From positions 1-34,525 of the forward strand of contig JBBRBK010000016.1 in assembly GCA_038205935.1 (NCBI GenBank): a stretch of DNA of 34,525 nt, read 5' to 3'. This document shows, one piece after another, positions 19,798 through 29,862 of the stretch. The position numbers and the translations under genes were made by a program. The notes below the pieces were generated by a model. That model was not told where the DNA came from. It made no database searches and worked only from the letters and a program-made list of their open reading frames with translations. This stretch comes from Campylobacterales bacterium. GTDB taxonomy: Bacteria; Campylobacterota; Campylobacteria; Campylobacterales; Sulfurimonadaceae. Each line of letters opens with the position of its first letter. The first letter of the stretch is position 1.

Positions 19798-21075
19798 ATG
19801 GAAACAAACGATATATTTAATTTTAAAGAAACTTCTGACGCATGTATAAAATGTGGGAAATGTATTCCTGTTTGTACCATCCACAATATAAATCCCGATG
19901 AGGTCACGTCACCTCGTGGTTTTATAGACCTTTTGGGCGCATATCAAGATGGAAAACTAGAGCTTGATAAAAATGCAAAAGATATATTTGAAAGCTGTTT
20001 TTTATGTACAAACTGTACAGATGTCTGCCCAAAATCGCTTCCTACAGATATGGTGATAGAACAAGTTCGTAACGATATACGTAAAAAGTTTGGTATCGCT
20101 TGGTTTAAACGTGCGTTTTTCTTTTTACTTCGTCATAGATTTACTATGGATCTTCTCTTTAAAATGGGTTATGTCTTTCAAACATGCGGATTTAAGATAC
20201 GTAAAGATATAGAATCGATGGAACCCCGTTTTTCTATGCCTATTATCAAAAAAGACAGACTGCTTCCAAGCATGGGCAAAACCTCTTTTTTAAATGCGCA
20301 TCCTGAAAATATTTCTAATGGCGGAAAACGAAAAGTTGCTATTTTTATAGGATGTTTAGGAAACTATAATTATCGTCAAGTAGGGGATTCTTTACTTAAA
20401 ATTTTAGAACATTTAGAGATCGATGCTTTCTTGGCAAAAGCTCAGAAATGCTGTTCAGCACCGGCATATTTTACGGGTGATTTTGATACGGTCGATTATC
20501 TGGCAAAATACAACATAGAGTATTTTGAAAAATTTATCGATGATGTTGAGGCTATTATTATTCCCGAGGCTACATGTAGCGCAATGTTAAAAATCGATTA
20601 TGATCATTATTTTCATGACCAACCTGAGTGGCGTGAGCGTGGAAATAAACTTGCTAAAAAAATATTTATGGCGACAGAGTGGCTAGATAACCATACGAAT
20701 CTCAAAGAATTACTTGCTTCAAAAGGCAAGCAAAACGTCTCTGTGACATATCACGATCCTTGTCATGCAAGAAAAATGCAGGGTATTTACCAAGAACCAC
20801 GCAGACTTATCTCTCAAAACTATGTTATCAAAGAGATGAGTGATCCAAATGTTTGTTGTGGCTTTGGCGGGGTGACGATGCAAACTGAAAAATATCATTT
20901 TGCAAAAGCAGCCGGAGTTCCAAAAGCTGCGATGATAAAACAAAGTGGTGCGCAAGTGGTAAGTGCAGAGTGTAGCGCATGTAGAATGCAGATAAATAAC
21001 TCCATGTATCAAGCGGATGTGGATGTCGTGTTTAAAAACCCTATCGAGCTTATAGCTGAAGCCTTGGAGAAATAA
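19798..21075 (+). CDS. (Fe-S)-binding oxidoreductase subunit, GlcF/CCG-domain family
   Basis: Two CxxCxxCxxxC motifs plus two CCG-type domains (CCSA, YHDPCH, CCGFGG, CSAC). Confidence 0.85.
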   Translation: METNDIFNFKETSDACIKCGKCIPVCTIHNINPDEVTSPRGFIDLLGAYQDGKLELDKNAKDIFESCFLCTNCTDVCPKSLPTDMVIEQVRNDIRKKFGIAWFKRAFFFLLRHRFTMDLLFKMGYVFQTCGFKIRKDIESMEPRFSMPIIKKDRLLPSMGKTSFLNAHPENISNGGKRKVAIFIGCLGNYNYRQVGDSLLKILEHLEIDAFLAKAQKCCSAPAYFTGDFDTVDYLAKYNIEYFEKFIDDVEAIIIPEATCSAMLKIDYDHYFHDQPEWRERGNKLAKKIFMATEWLDNHTNLKELLASKGKQNVSVTYHDPCHARKMQGIYQEPRRLISQNYVIKEMSDPNVCCGFGGVTMQTEKYHFAKAAGVPKAAMIKQSGAQVVSAECSACRMQINNSMYQADVDVVFKNPIELIAEALEK

Positions 21076-21899
21076 TGCAATACTGGAATCATATATACGA
21101 ACATTTTAATCCGATCGCTTTTGACGTAATCGTACCAGTTCATTGGTATGGACTGATGTATGTTTTAGCTTTACTTACCTCTTTGTATATGGCTAAATGG
21201 ATTGTAAAAAAAGATAATCTTGGGATTACAAAAGAGGAGCTTGACAGCTTCTTTATCTATGTCGAAATCGGCGTGATACTCGGTGCTAGACTTGGATATA
21301 TTCTCTTTTATGATCCAGATACAAGCTATTATCTTTCTCATCCATGGCAGATATTTAATCCTTTTAAAGATGGAGAATTTATCGGAATTCGCGGTATGAG
21401 TTATCATGGAGCACTTCTTGGATTTTTACTTGGAGCATATCTCTTTAGTAAGCGTACCGGCAACTCTTTTGGAAAGTTTATGGATTTAGTTGCTGTTGCT
21501 GTTCCTCTTGGATATGTTTTTGGACGCATTGGAAACTTTTTAAATCAAGAGCTTGTCGGACGTGCGACTGATGTTGCATGGGGAATCTATGTAGATGGAG
21601 TTCTTCGTCATCCTTCACAGCTTTATGAAGCATTTCTGGAAGGAATTGTTGTCTTTATTATCGTTTACATGTACAGAAGATATAAGAAATTTGATGGAGA
21701 ACTTTTACTTCTTTATGGCTTTGCATATGGAATTTTAAGAGCGACTGCAGAGATATTTAGAGCGCCGGATATTCAAATAGGGTATATCTGCTGTAATGCT
21801 ATCACGCTTGGACAGACGCTGAGTCTTTCAATGTCTGTTTTGGCGGTAGTCCTTTGGTTCTATTTCTCGTCAAAGAATAAAAGAAGACAGAGCAAATAA
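21075..21899 (+). CDS. lgt: Prolipoprotein diacylglyceryl transferase
   Basis: HWYGLMY, LGARLGY, GMSYHG, GRIGNFLNQELVGR, RHPSQLYE. Confidence 0.97.
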   Translation: MQYWNHIYEHFNPIAFDVIVPVHWYGLMYVLALLTSLYMAKWIVKKDNLGITKEELDSFFIYVEIGVILGARLGYILFYDPDTSYYLSHPWQIFNPFKDGEFIGIRGMSYHGALLGFLLGAYLFSKRTGNSFGKFMDLVAVAVPLGYVFGRIGNFLNQELVGRATDVAWGIYVDGVLRHPSQLYEAFLEGIVVFIIVYMYRRYKKFDGELLLLYGFAYGILRATAEIFRAPDIQIGYICCNAITLGQTLSLSMSVLAVVLWFYFSSKNKRRQSK

Positions 21900-22676
21900 A
21901 ACTCCTACTCTCACAAGCAAGATAAGTGTTGTACCAATGATGTTGCCGATCTGGCAAGAAGTACAGTGCTTATATTGTCTTCCCTCGTACTGAGCGTAAA
22001 AAAAGTAGACAACCGTGAGCGCAATCATACTAAGTAGAATATAATTTTCCATCATTTTTAGAAGTAGGATATTTTCTGCTGAGAGAAAAAATTTCGCTAC
22101 CAAAGCAACTATACCTATAGCGAAAAGATATTTTATAACTCGCAGGATTCTATCTCTTTTAAAAACAGTAGGACAGCCATTTTGTGTGATGGCATCTGTT
22201 CCAAACTCCAGTTTAGAATCAAATACCGCTTCCTCCTCTTTTGATAGTCTTAATCGAAAAGTTGCACCAAAAAGATAGTCTATTTTTCTTTGAAGTGTTA
22301 CGGCAAGATCACCATCAGCTTCTAAAAACTGCTGCGTATCATTTCTATCACTGTACATAAGTTTGATCTTTTCATATCTAGTAGTTGTAGCGCTGAGCCC
22401 TGGAAAATATGCCGTTGTTTCGACTGGTTGAATGCTGCCCTCTCTTTTGATTACAACAGGGTTGATAATCTCAACAAACTCTCCTTTTTCATCTTTAAGA
22501 ATGATAACGGCTAGAGGAGAACCGATTTGAAATGCGGCTAGGGCATCTAAACTGTTAGCATTCATTGTATCTTTAAGATCTTGGATTAGTTCAAAAAGCT
22601 TTGCATCAAAAAATCTGACACTAGCACCAAACTCTTTACTTGGAGTTCTAGGATATTTTACAATCTCTTTTATCAT
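21870..22676 (-). CDS. Peptide deformylase-like protein with degenerate active site and C-terminal membrane domain
   Basis: PDF-like scaffold (IVKYP, DLKDTM, LAAFQIG, IINPV, RYEKIKL, LQRKIDYLFG) without the metal ligands; three hydrophobic segments in the last ~90 aa. Confidence 0.75.
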   Translation of the reverse strand: MIKEIVKYPRTPSKEFGASVRFFDAKLFELIQDLKDTMNANSLDALAAFQIGSPLAVIILKDEKGEFVEIINPVVIKREGSIQPVETTAYFPGLSATTTRYEKIKLMYSDRNDTQQFLEADGDLAVTLQRKIDYLFGATFRLRLSKEEEAVFDSKLEFGTDAITQNGCPTVFKRDRILRVIKYLFAIGIVALVAKFFLSAENILLLKMMENYILLSMIALTVVYFFYAQYEGRQYKHCTSCQIGNIIGTTLILLVRVGVLFALSSFIL

Positions 22677-22735
22677 GGGTGTTCCTATGTTTTAAGTTTA
22701 TTAGTGTTGTAAAAAGGAAGTTAATTCTTTATAGG

Positions 22736-22897
22736 TTATAGACCAAGCCCAAACACATTCATATCGGTTACAAAGTATATTTTTTCATCTAAAGCGATCA
22801 ATTTAAATATATCTCCGAGTTGCCCAGTCTTTTCCAAAATAGGTTTTGCTTTCTCTTGTATATTCGGACTCATCTGTTGTAATTTTATATGCGCCAT
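22736..22897 (-). pseudogene. Internally deleted remnant of an AhpD/CMD-family peroxidase-related gene (53 aa)
   Basis: GAGGA RBS plus MAHIKLQQMSPNIQEKAKPILEKTGQLGDIFKLIALDEKIYFVTDMNVFGLGL; looks like the N-terminus joined to the terminal NVFGLG of an AhpD-like protein with the CxxC core missing. Family assignment from memory. Confidence 0.55.
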
Positions 22898-22998
22898 CTG
22901 ATATTCCTCGATTTTATTAAATGATAAAAATGTTAAGTCTTACTTTACGTTAGCATTATAATGTATAATTCTTAATGAAAGTTTTAAAAAGAGAAAAT

Positions 22999-23676
22999 AT
23001 GGAATATAAAATATCACAGCTAGTTTCACTAACAAATGTACCAAAATCAACAATACTTTATTACATCCGAGAAGAGATGTTGCCAGAAGCAAAAAAAATT
23101 AAGTCAAATGTTCATAGATATAATGATGAGCATTTAGAACTGATAAAGTATATCAAATATATGAAAACAAATATCGGAAGTTCCAATGATGATATAAAGA
23201 TTGCTTTACAAAATAAAAATCGATCCTTTGCCACATCATTTACTATGATAGCACCATTGATGAACACTTTGAGCTTAGTCTCAAAAGATGAGCAATATTT
23301 TACAAAAGAGAATTTTATAAAATATTTCAAAGTCAATAGGGTGCTTTTAGACGATTTATTAAAAGATGAAGTCATTATCCCTTTGGGCGAAAATGAGTTC
23401 ACAGAGAAAGATTATATGATCGTCAAGCTTGTAGATTCATTCAAAAAAGTGGGCGTAGAGTATGAGATAATAAAACAGTATGCAAAACATGCAAAGATAT
23501 TAGGAGAGCTTGAGCGTGAAATGCAAGAGCAACTTTGTACAGTAAGAACAGACAAAAATTTTACACTATTATGGGAAATTATGTTTGACACACTCTTTAA
23601 AGCAAAAGAATATATTTTTAAGAGACATACGCATAAGAAATTTTTAAAATCAATTATAGAGGATAAATTTGAGTAG
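22999..23676 (+). CDS. MerR-family transcriptional regulator
   Basis: YKISQLVSLTNVPKSTILYYIREEMLP...HRY HTH; second degenerate HTH-like segment mid-protein. ATG 22999 preferred over 22975. Confidence 0.85.
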   Translation: MEYKISQLVSLTNVPKSTILYYIREEMLPEAKKIKSNVHRYNDEHLELIKYIKYMKTNIGSSNDDIKIALQNKNRSFATSFTMIAPLMNTLSLVSKDEQYFTKENFIKYFKVNRVLLDDLLKDEVIIPLGENEFTEKDYMIVKLVDSFKKVGVEYEIIKQYAKHAKILGELEREMQEQLCTVRTDKNFTLLWEIMFDTLFKAKEYIFKRHTHKKFLKSIIEDKFE

Positions 23677-23727
23677 TTAAAAAGAACTAACTGCTTTAAA
23701 AGATTTATCGCTTAGCAGTGGATTTAT

Positions 23728-23764
23728 AAAATAAGACAACAGAGCTTTCTTAGCTCTGTTGTCT
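23728..23764 (-). terminator. Intrinsic terminator of dnaK
   Basis: Perfect 13-bp stem AGACAACAGAGCT-N5-AGCTCTGTTGTCT (23734-23764) followed by TATTTT on the minus strand. Confidence 0.8.
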
Positions 23765-23774
23765 AGCAGATAGA

Positions 23775-25652
23775 TTACTCTATTTCTGCGTCGATAACAT
23801 CGTCATCAGCCTTTTTAGCAGCTTGTGCCGGCTCGCCTTGACCCTCTTGTTTGTACATTTGTTCAGCCATTTTATGACTTACTTCAGTTAGAGTTTTTAC
23901 TTTAGCTTCGATTTGCTCTTTTGTAGCATTTGTATCTTTTAGGGTCTCTTTGAGATCAGCTATTGCAGCTTCAATTTTTGCTTTTTCTTCTGCTTCAACT
24001 TTATCGCCATTTTCAGAGATAGCTTTTTCAGTTTGAGCAATCAGTGCATCTGCTTGATTTTTAAGATCTACAAGCTCTTTTCTTGTTTTATCTTCAGCTT
24101 TGTGCGCTTCAGCATCTTGAACCATTCTGTTTATCTCATCTTCACTGAGTCCCGAACTTCCAGAAATTGTGATTGATTGAGATTTACCTGTACCTTTGTC
24201 TGTTGAGCTTACAGTGAGTATTCCGTTTGCATCGATGTCAAAAGTTACTTCAATTTGAGGCACACCTCTTGGAGCTGCTGGAATATCTCCTAGTTCAAAC
24301 AATCCTAAAGATTTATTATCTTTTGCAAACTCTCTCTCACCTTGAACAACTGAGATACTTACAGCTGGTTGATTATTTTCAGCTGTTGAGAAGATTTGAG
24401 ATTTTTTAACAGGAATCGTTGTTCCTTTTTCGATGATTTTAGTCGCAACACCACCTAAAGTCTCAATTCCAAGAGAAAGAGGAGTTACATCTAGAAGAAG
24501 AACATCTTTAACATCTCCTCTTAAAACTCCACCTTGGATAGCAGCACCTGCAGCAACTACTTCATCAGGGTTAACACTTTTGTTAAGTGTTTTACCACCG
24601 AAGAAATCAGATACCATTTTTTGCGCTAGTGGAACACGAATAGAACCACCAACCATGATAATCTCTTTGATATCTTTGTTTTCTAAACCTGACTCTTTCA
24701 TCGCAGTTTTGATATGGTCAATCGTTTCTGTGATTAATGACTCAATCATACCTTCAAACTTCGCACGAGTAAGTTTGAGAACCAAGTGTTGAGGTCCAGC
24801 TTCTGTCATAGTGATAAATGGTAGGTTAATCTCAGTTTCAGTTGCGCTTGAAAGCTCTTTTTTAGCATTTTCAGCAGCATCTTTTAATCTTTGAAGTGCC
24901 ATTTTGTCATTTTTAAGATCTATTCCATGAGAAGATTTGAACTCTGCATTTAAGAAATCAACGATTTTGTTGTCAAAGTCATCGCCACCTAAAAATGCAT
25001 TTCCATCAGTTGAAAGAACTTCAAACGTTCCCTCACTAATTTCTAGTACAGTAACATCAAATGTTCCACCACCAAGGTCATAAACAAGTACATTTTCTTC
25101 AGCTTTACTCTCTAATCCATAAGCAAGAGCAGAAGCTGTAGGCTCGTTGATGATACGAAGAACATTAAGTCCTGCGATAGTTCCTGCATCTTTTGTCGCT
25201 TTACGTTGTGCATCATTAAAATAAGCCGGAACAGTAATAACAGCGTCAGTTACAGTTGAACCAAGATAAGCTTCTGCATCTTCTTTTAATTTTGAAAGAA
25301 TTTTTGCTGAAATCTCTTGAGGCGTGTAAATTTTACCAGCTACATTAACAGCTGCCATTCCATCTTTGTCTACAATGTTATATGTTACTTTATCGTGAGC
25401 CGCTTTTGCGTTCTCTTCATTCATCATAAGACCCATAATTCTCTTAATCGAAGAGATAGTTTTGTTTGGGTTTGTGATTGCTTGACGTTTTGCAGGATCG
25501 CCTACTAAAACATCACCTTTATCTGTAAAAGCTACAACTGAAGGAGTCGTATTTTTTCCCTCTTTATTTGGGATGATTTTAGCCTCACCACCTTCATAAA
25601 CTGCTACACATGAATTTGTTGTTCCTAAATCTATACCAATCACTTTACTCAT
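23775..25652 (-). CDS. dnaK: Chaperone DnaK (Hsp70)
   Basis: [49 protein letters not shown]. Confidence 0.99.
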   Translation of the reverse strand: MSKVIGIDLGTTNSCVAVYEGGEAKIIPNKEGKNTTPSVVAFTDKGDVLVGDPAKRQAITNPNKTISSIKRIMGLMMNEENAKAAHDKVTYNIVDKDGMAAVNVAGKIYTPQEISAKILSKLKEDAEAYLGSTVTDAVITVPAYFNDAQRKATKDAGTIAGLNVLRIINEPTASALAYGLESKAEENVLVYDLGGGTFDVTVLEISEGTFEVLSTDGNAFLGGDDFDNKIVDFLNAEFKSSHGIDLKNDKMALQRLKDAAENAKKELSSATETEINLPFITMTEAGPQHLVLKLTRAKFEGMIESLITETIDHIKTAMKESGLENKDIKEIIMVGGSIRVPLAQKMVSDFFGGKTLNKSVNPDEVVAAGAAIQGGVLRGDVKDVLLLDVTPLSLGIETLGGVATKIIEKGTTIPVKKSQIFSTAENNQPAVSISVVQGEREFAKDNKSLGLFELGDIPAAPRGVPQIEVTFDIDANGILTVSSTDKGTGKSQSITISGSSGLSEDEINRMVQDAEAHKAEDKTRKELVDLKNQADALIAQTEKAISENGDKVEAEEKAKIEAAIADLKETLKDTNATKEQIEAKVKTLTEVSHKMAEQMYKQEGQGEPAQAAKKADDDVIDAEIE

Positions 25653-25677
25653 TATATTTCCTTAATTTTATTTCATA

Positions 25678-25782
25678 AAATGAAGCAAATTAATTCGCTC
25701 CATTTATTAGTCCGTAAAAGGAACGCGTCCCTTTTACTCCGCTTGCGCCGCTGTGGCGACTGAAGTTTGATGCTATCGCATC
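25678..25782 (-). repeat. Cluster of four hairpins between grpE and dnaK (REP/MITE-like element or structured RNA)
   Basis: Inverted repeats at 25678-25705, 25714-25737, 25746-25758 and 25769-25782; central part is GC-rich relative to other spacers. Confidence 0.6.
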
Positions 25783-25809
25783 TTTATATGTGTTAGTTTT
25801 ATTGTTGAA

Positions 25810-26346
25810 TTAATTTGCTACTACAACCATCGCATCGCGAAGTGGTCTATCTTTGTATCTGTATCCAGTTTGAAAAGTTTGGACGATCTGTCCACTTTCG
25901 TGTTCGTCACTGTCAACTCTTTGAACTGCATTATGAATATTTGGATCAAACTCTTCATCATGACTTACAGCTGTAACTCCATGTTTTTCTAGAGTAGTTG
26001 TCAACTGCTTCATCGTGAGTTCAATTCCCTCGATCAATTTGTTAAGCAACTCTTGCGTACTTATTTCAGATTTTGTCGCTTGAATAGCCATTGAAAGTGA
26101 ATCCGCTACTGGAATCAAATCTTTTGCAAATTTTTCGTTTGCGTATTCAAGAGCTTGATATTTCTCACGCTCTAAACGTTTCTTAATATTATCAAAATCT
26201 GCATGTACTCTTGCATACTTATCTTTTAATTCAGCATTTTCTATCCGAAGCTGCTCAACTTCACTAAGCTCTTCTAGCACTTCATCTTGAGTCTCAACTT
26301 CCTCGTTTACTGGTGTTGATTCTTCATTTATTGTTTCATTAGACAT
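25810..26346 (-). CDS. grpE: Nucleotide exchange factor GrpE
   Basis: ADFDNIKKR, FDPNIHNAV, GYRYKDRPLRDAMVVV; upstream of dnaK. Confidence 0.96.
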   Translation of the reverse strand: MSNETINEESTPVNEEVETQDEVLEELSEVEQLRIENAELKDKYARVHADFDNIKKRLEREKYQALEYANEKFAKDLIPVADSLSMAIQATKSEISTQELLNKLIEGIELTMKQLTTTLEKHGVTAVSHDEEFDPNIHNAVQRVDSDEHESGQIVQTFQTGYRYKDRPLRDAMVVVAN

Positions 26347-26381
26347 ATTTAAAAATGACTCCTTTTTTGAAATCTAGAGTA

Positions 26382-26461
26382 ATTATAGCAAATTGAGTCA
26401 ATCATTGTCAAGTGCTATATTCCAAATTATAGTAAAGATAGTTTAGTCCTAGTGTATCAAG
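26382..26461 (-). promoter_or_regulatory. grpE-dnaK promoter(s) with two HAIR-like (HspR) operators
   Basis: TGCTATAAT (26382-26390) and TTGACA (26406-26411) on minus; second TATAAT at 26426-26431. ATTGAGT-N7-TGTCAAG (26392-26412) and GTTTAGT-N7-TATCAAG (26441-26461) resemble HAIR CTTGAGT-N7-ACTCAAG. Confidence 0.75.
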
Positions 26462-26467
26462 TTTATC

Positions 26468-27043
26468 TTATTGTTTACTTGCATCAGCTAGAGTAAGACA
26501 AAACAAGACCTCTTTACCTTTACATGTAAGCGTGTTACATGCCTCTGTTAGTGTAAACCCAGTTGTAATGATATCATCAACTAAGATAACATTATTCTCA
26601 GGAAACTCTTTATATACAAAGTTCCTTGGATTATTAAGCCGATATTCTTTAGTTTTTCCTGAATAAGTGATGTTGTTATTGGAACGAAGTTTTGCATATT
26701 TTGGCGTAAGTATCTTACTTTTTAGTGCCTTTGTTAAAAGAGCAGTGTGCGAATAGCCACTTTTTACACGATCATCGATACCGATTATTGCGACTTTTTC
26801 ATTAAAAACAAACTCTTGTGCAAATTTTTTAAATGCGAGTTCTGCAAGAATAGAGTAGATGTAGTAACCAAGATCTGTGTGTTTGGTGTGAAGAAGATCT
26901 TTAATATCTTCGTATTTGTAAAAAGAGATGACTTGGATATTGTTTAAAATGGTACGTTTATGGATGGCGGGAGTTAAAAAAGTTTGCTTACATGTGGAGC
27001 AGATATGTGTGAGCGAAAAGTTCTCACACAACATACAACGCAT
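26468..27043 (-). CDS. comF: ComF-family competence protein (PRTase-like)
   Basis: N-terminal CMLC...CSTC zinc finger and VILVDDIITTGFTL PRPP-binding motif. Confidence 0.85.
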   Translation of the reverse strand: MRCMLCENFSLTHICSTCKQTFLTPAIHKRTILNNIQVISFYKYEDIKDLLHTKHTDLGYYIYSILAELAFKKFAQEFVFNEKVAIIGIDDRVKSGYSHTALLTKALKSKILTPKYAKLRSNNNITYSGKTKEYRLNNPRNFVYKEFPENNVILVDDIITTGFTLTEACNTLTCKGKEVLFCLTLADASKQ

Positions 27044-27044
27044 T

Positions 27045-28835
27045 TTAATCCATTTTCAAAACTGACATAAATGCTTCTTGGGGAAGATTGACTTTACCAA
27101 TGGATTTCATACGTTTTTTACCCGCTTTTTGCTTTTCTAAAAGTTTACGTTTACGAGTAATATCTCCACCGTAACATTTTGCAGTTACATTTTTGCCCAT
27201 ACTTTTTACAGTTTCACGAGCGATAACACGATTGCCGATAGAAGCTTGAACAGCTACTTCAAAAAGCTGACGAGGAATGATCTCTTTCATATTTTTGACC
27301 AAAATACGTCCGCGGAAATCTGCTGAAGTTCGTGGAACAATGACAGAAAGTGCATCTACCACTTCTCCGGCAACTTTAACATCAAGTTTCACGAGATCAC
27401 CTTCTTTAAAATCACTCGGTTCATAATCAAAACTCGCATACCCTTTTGAAATAGATTTAAGTTTGTCATAAAAATCTACAACGATTTCATTCATTGGAAG
27501 ATAGTATTCTAGTAAAACACGCTCTTCATTGAGGTAACTCATTTTATCTTGCGAGCCACGTTTGGACATCAAAAGAGTGATGATATTTCCAAGATATTCA
27601 GTTGGTGTTATAACAGTTGCTTTAACATAAGGCTCTTCAATGTGGTCGATGTAGTTTGGTTCAGGAAGCTCTGAGGGATTTTGAACTTGGATCATCTCTC
27701 CATTTGTCATATATACATGATAGACAACAGAAGGTGCTGTTGCGATAAGATCAACATCAAATTCACGCTCCAAACGCTCTTTGACGACTTCCATGTGAAG
27801 CATTCCCAAAAATCCAACACGAAATCCAAAACCAAGTGCTACGGAAGTCTCCGGCTCATACGAAAGTGAACTGTCGTTAAGTTTAAGTTTATCAAGCGCA
27901 TCACGAAGGTCTTCGAACTTGTCAGTGTCTATAGGATAAAGTCCTGCAAATACAAACGGCTTTGCAGGTTCATATTTGAGTGCAGGTTCAGCTGTTGGAT
28001 TTTTTGCGTCCGTTATAGTATCGCCGACCTTGATAACATGAGCATCTTTGAGACCTAAGACGACGATGCCTATCTCTCCACTTTTTATTGCCTCTGTTTT
28101 TTGGCGTTTGAGCGGATGCGGATACATCAAATCTAAAACATGATGATCTTCTCCACTTATCATAAGTTTTACAAGTTGACCTTTTTTAATTGAGCCATCA
28201 AATACACGAACAAGAGCAAGTGCACCAAGATAAGCATCAAACCAAGAGTCATAGATGATCGCTTTAGTCGTTGCATCTGGATCACCAGCGGGTTCAGGAA
28301 CACGATCAACGATAGCATCAAGGAGTTCACGAATGCCGACGCCACTTTTCGCAGATACCAAAAGAGCATCTGAAGCATCAATACCGATACTCGTCTCGAT
28401 CTCTTGCGCTACTTTTTCAGGATCGGCCGCTGGAAGGTCTATCTTATTGATAACGGGAATGATCTCTAAGTTATGATCAAGTGCCATATAAACATTTGCC
28501 AGCGTTTGCGCTTCTACCCCTTGTGCGGCATCGACAATAAGTAAAGCACCATCGCTAGAAGCGAGAGATTTACTTACTTCATATGAAAAATCGACGTGGC
28601 CTGGAGTATCGATGAGATTTAAGACATAATGCTGACCATCTTTGACATAGTCAAGTCTTACAGATTGCGCTTTTATGGTAATACCGCGTTCTTGTTCGAT
28701 ATCCATCGTATCCATCATCTGTTTTGTCATCTCGCGTTCACTTACAGCGCCACATTCTTGGATAATACGGTCTGCAAGTGTACTTTTTCCATGGTCGATA
28801 TGTGCGATAATAGAAAAATTTCTAATGTTTTTCAT
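27045..28835 (-). CDS. lepA: Elongation factor 4
   Basis: [53 protein letters not shown]. Confidence 0.99.
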   Translation of the reverse strand: MKNIRNFSIIAHIDHGKSTLADRIIQECGAVSEREMTKQMMDTMDIEQERGITIKAQSVRLDYVKDGQHYVLNLIDTPGHVDFSYEVSKSLASSDGALLIVDAAQGVEAQTLANVYMALDHNLEIIPVINKIDLPAADPEKVAQEIETSIGIDASDALLVSAKSGVGIRELLDAIVDRVPEPAGDPDATTKAIIYDSWFDAYLGALALVRVFDGSIKKGQLVKLMISGEDHHVLDLMYPHPLKRQKTEAIKSGEIGIVVLGLKDAHVIKVGDTITDAKNPTAEPALKYEPAKPFVFAGLYPIDTDKFEDLRDALDKLKLNDSSLSYEPETSVALGFGFRVGFLGMLHMEVVKERLEREFDVDLIATAPSVVYHVYMTNGEMIQVQNPSELPEPNYIDHIEEPYVKATVITPTEYLGNIITLLMSKRGSQDKMSYLNEERVLLEYYLPMNEIVVDFYDKLKSISKGYASFDYEPSDFKEGDLVKLDVKVAGEVVDALSVIVPRTSADFRGRILVKNMKEIIPRQLFEVAVQASIGNRVIARETVKSMGKNVTAKCYGGDITRKRKLLEKQKAGKKRMKSIGKVNLPQEAFMSVLKMD

Positions 28836-28873
28836 AAATATTTATTCTTTAAATATAGGATATTTTTTCATTT

Positions 28874-29800
28874 CTATGTAAAAAGTGAATTGACACTTTC
28901 ATTGTGATAAACACGACGAATTACTTCAGCAAAAAGTGGAGCAACCGTGAGTACTTTTATTTTTTTGTTCGGTTGTGAAACTAGGGTATTTGAAACGATG
29001 AGTTCATCAAGTTCGCCATTGTCGATATTTTCATACGCTTTTCCGCTTAAAACTGCGTGAGTCGCACATGCCATAACTGAAGTAGCGCCATTTTTTTTCA
29101 AAGCTGAAGCTGCTTTTACCATAGTTCCTGCAGTATCAACCATATCATCGATCATGATGACATCTTTACCTGTGACATCTCCGATGATGTTCATAACTTC
29201 AGCAACATTTGCTTTTTCACGACGTTTATCGACGATAACCATCTCTAAGCCCATTTTTTCAGCGAAGTAACGAGCACGAGCAACACCGCCGATATCTGGA
29301 GAAGCAATCACTGGGTTTGGTAAGTTTTTAGATTTGATGTACTCTTTGAAGATGATAGAACCATAAAGATTGTCAACTGGAATATCAAAGAAACCTTGGA
29401 TTTGACCTGCATGAAGGTCGATAGTAACCACACGGTCGATGCCGGCAGTTTCATACATGTTTGCAACTAAACGAGCTGAAATAGGAACACGAGGAGCCGC
29501 TTTTCTATCTTGTCTAGCATATCCGAAATATGGAACAACTGCCGTAATACTGCTTGCACTTGAACGGCGAAGAGCATCTGTCATAATTAAAAGTTCCATT
29601 AAATTGTCGTTTGATGGAGCTCCTGTTGATTGGATAATAAATACATCACGCCCACGAACACTCTCAGCAATCTGAATCGATATCTCACCATCGCTAAAAC
29701 GTTTAATTTCTGCTTTTGCCAATGGAACATCCAAGTTCTGGCACACCTCTTTTGCAAATTCAACGCTAGATGTACCAGCAAATATCTTATAACCGCGCAT
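28874..29800 (-). CDS. prs: Ribose-phosphate pyrophosphokinase
   Basis: RFSDGE, PYFGYARQDRK, DLHAGQIQGFF, DDMVDTAGT. Confidence 0.98.
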   Translation of the reverse strand: MRGYKIFAGTSSVEFAKEVCQNLDVPLAKAEIKRFSDGEISIQIAESVRGRDVFIIQSTGAPSNDNLMELLIMTDALRRSSASSITAVVPYFGYARQDRKAAPRVPISARLVANMYETAGIDRVVTIDLHAGQIQGFFDIPVDNLYGSIIFKEYIKSKNLPNPVIASPDIGGVARARYFAEKMGLEMVIVDKRREKANVAEVMNIIGDVTGKDVIMIDDMVDTAGTMVKAASALKKNGATSVMACATHAVLSGKAYENIDNGELDELIVSNTLVSQPNKKIKVLTVAPLFAEVIRRVYHNESVNSLFT

Positions 29801-29827
29801 TTCATTCCTTGAAAATATAATTGCGCA

Positions 29828-29836
29828 ATTATAGCA
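29828..29836 (-). promoter_or_regulatory. Extended -10 of prs-lepA-comF
   Basis: TGCTATAAT on minus; AAGGA RBS before the prs ATG. Confidence 0.65.
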
Positions 29837-29862
29837 AATCGGTTCTTTGAAACTATTAAAGC

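Noticed and set aside
21870..21899. 30-bp 3' overlap of lgt and the PDF-like gene
   Set aside because: Short overlaps of convergent genes are routine in compact Campylobacterota genomes.
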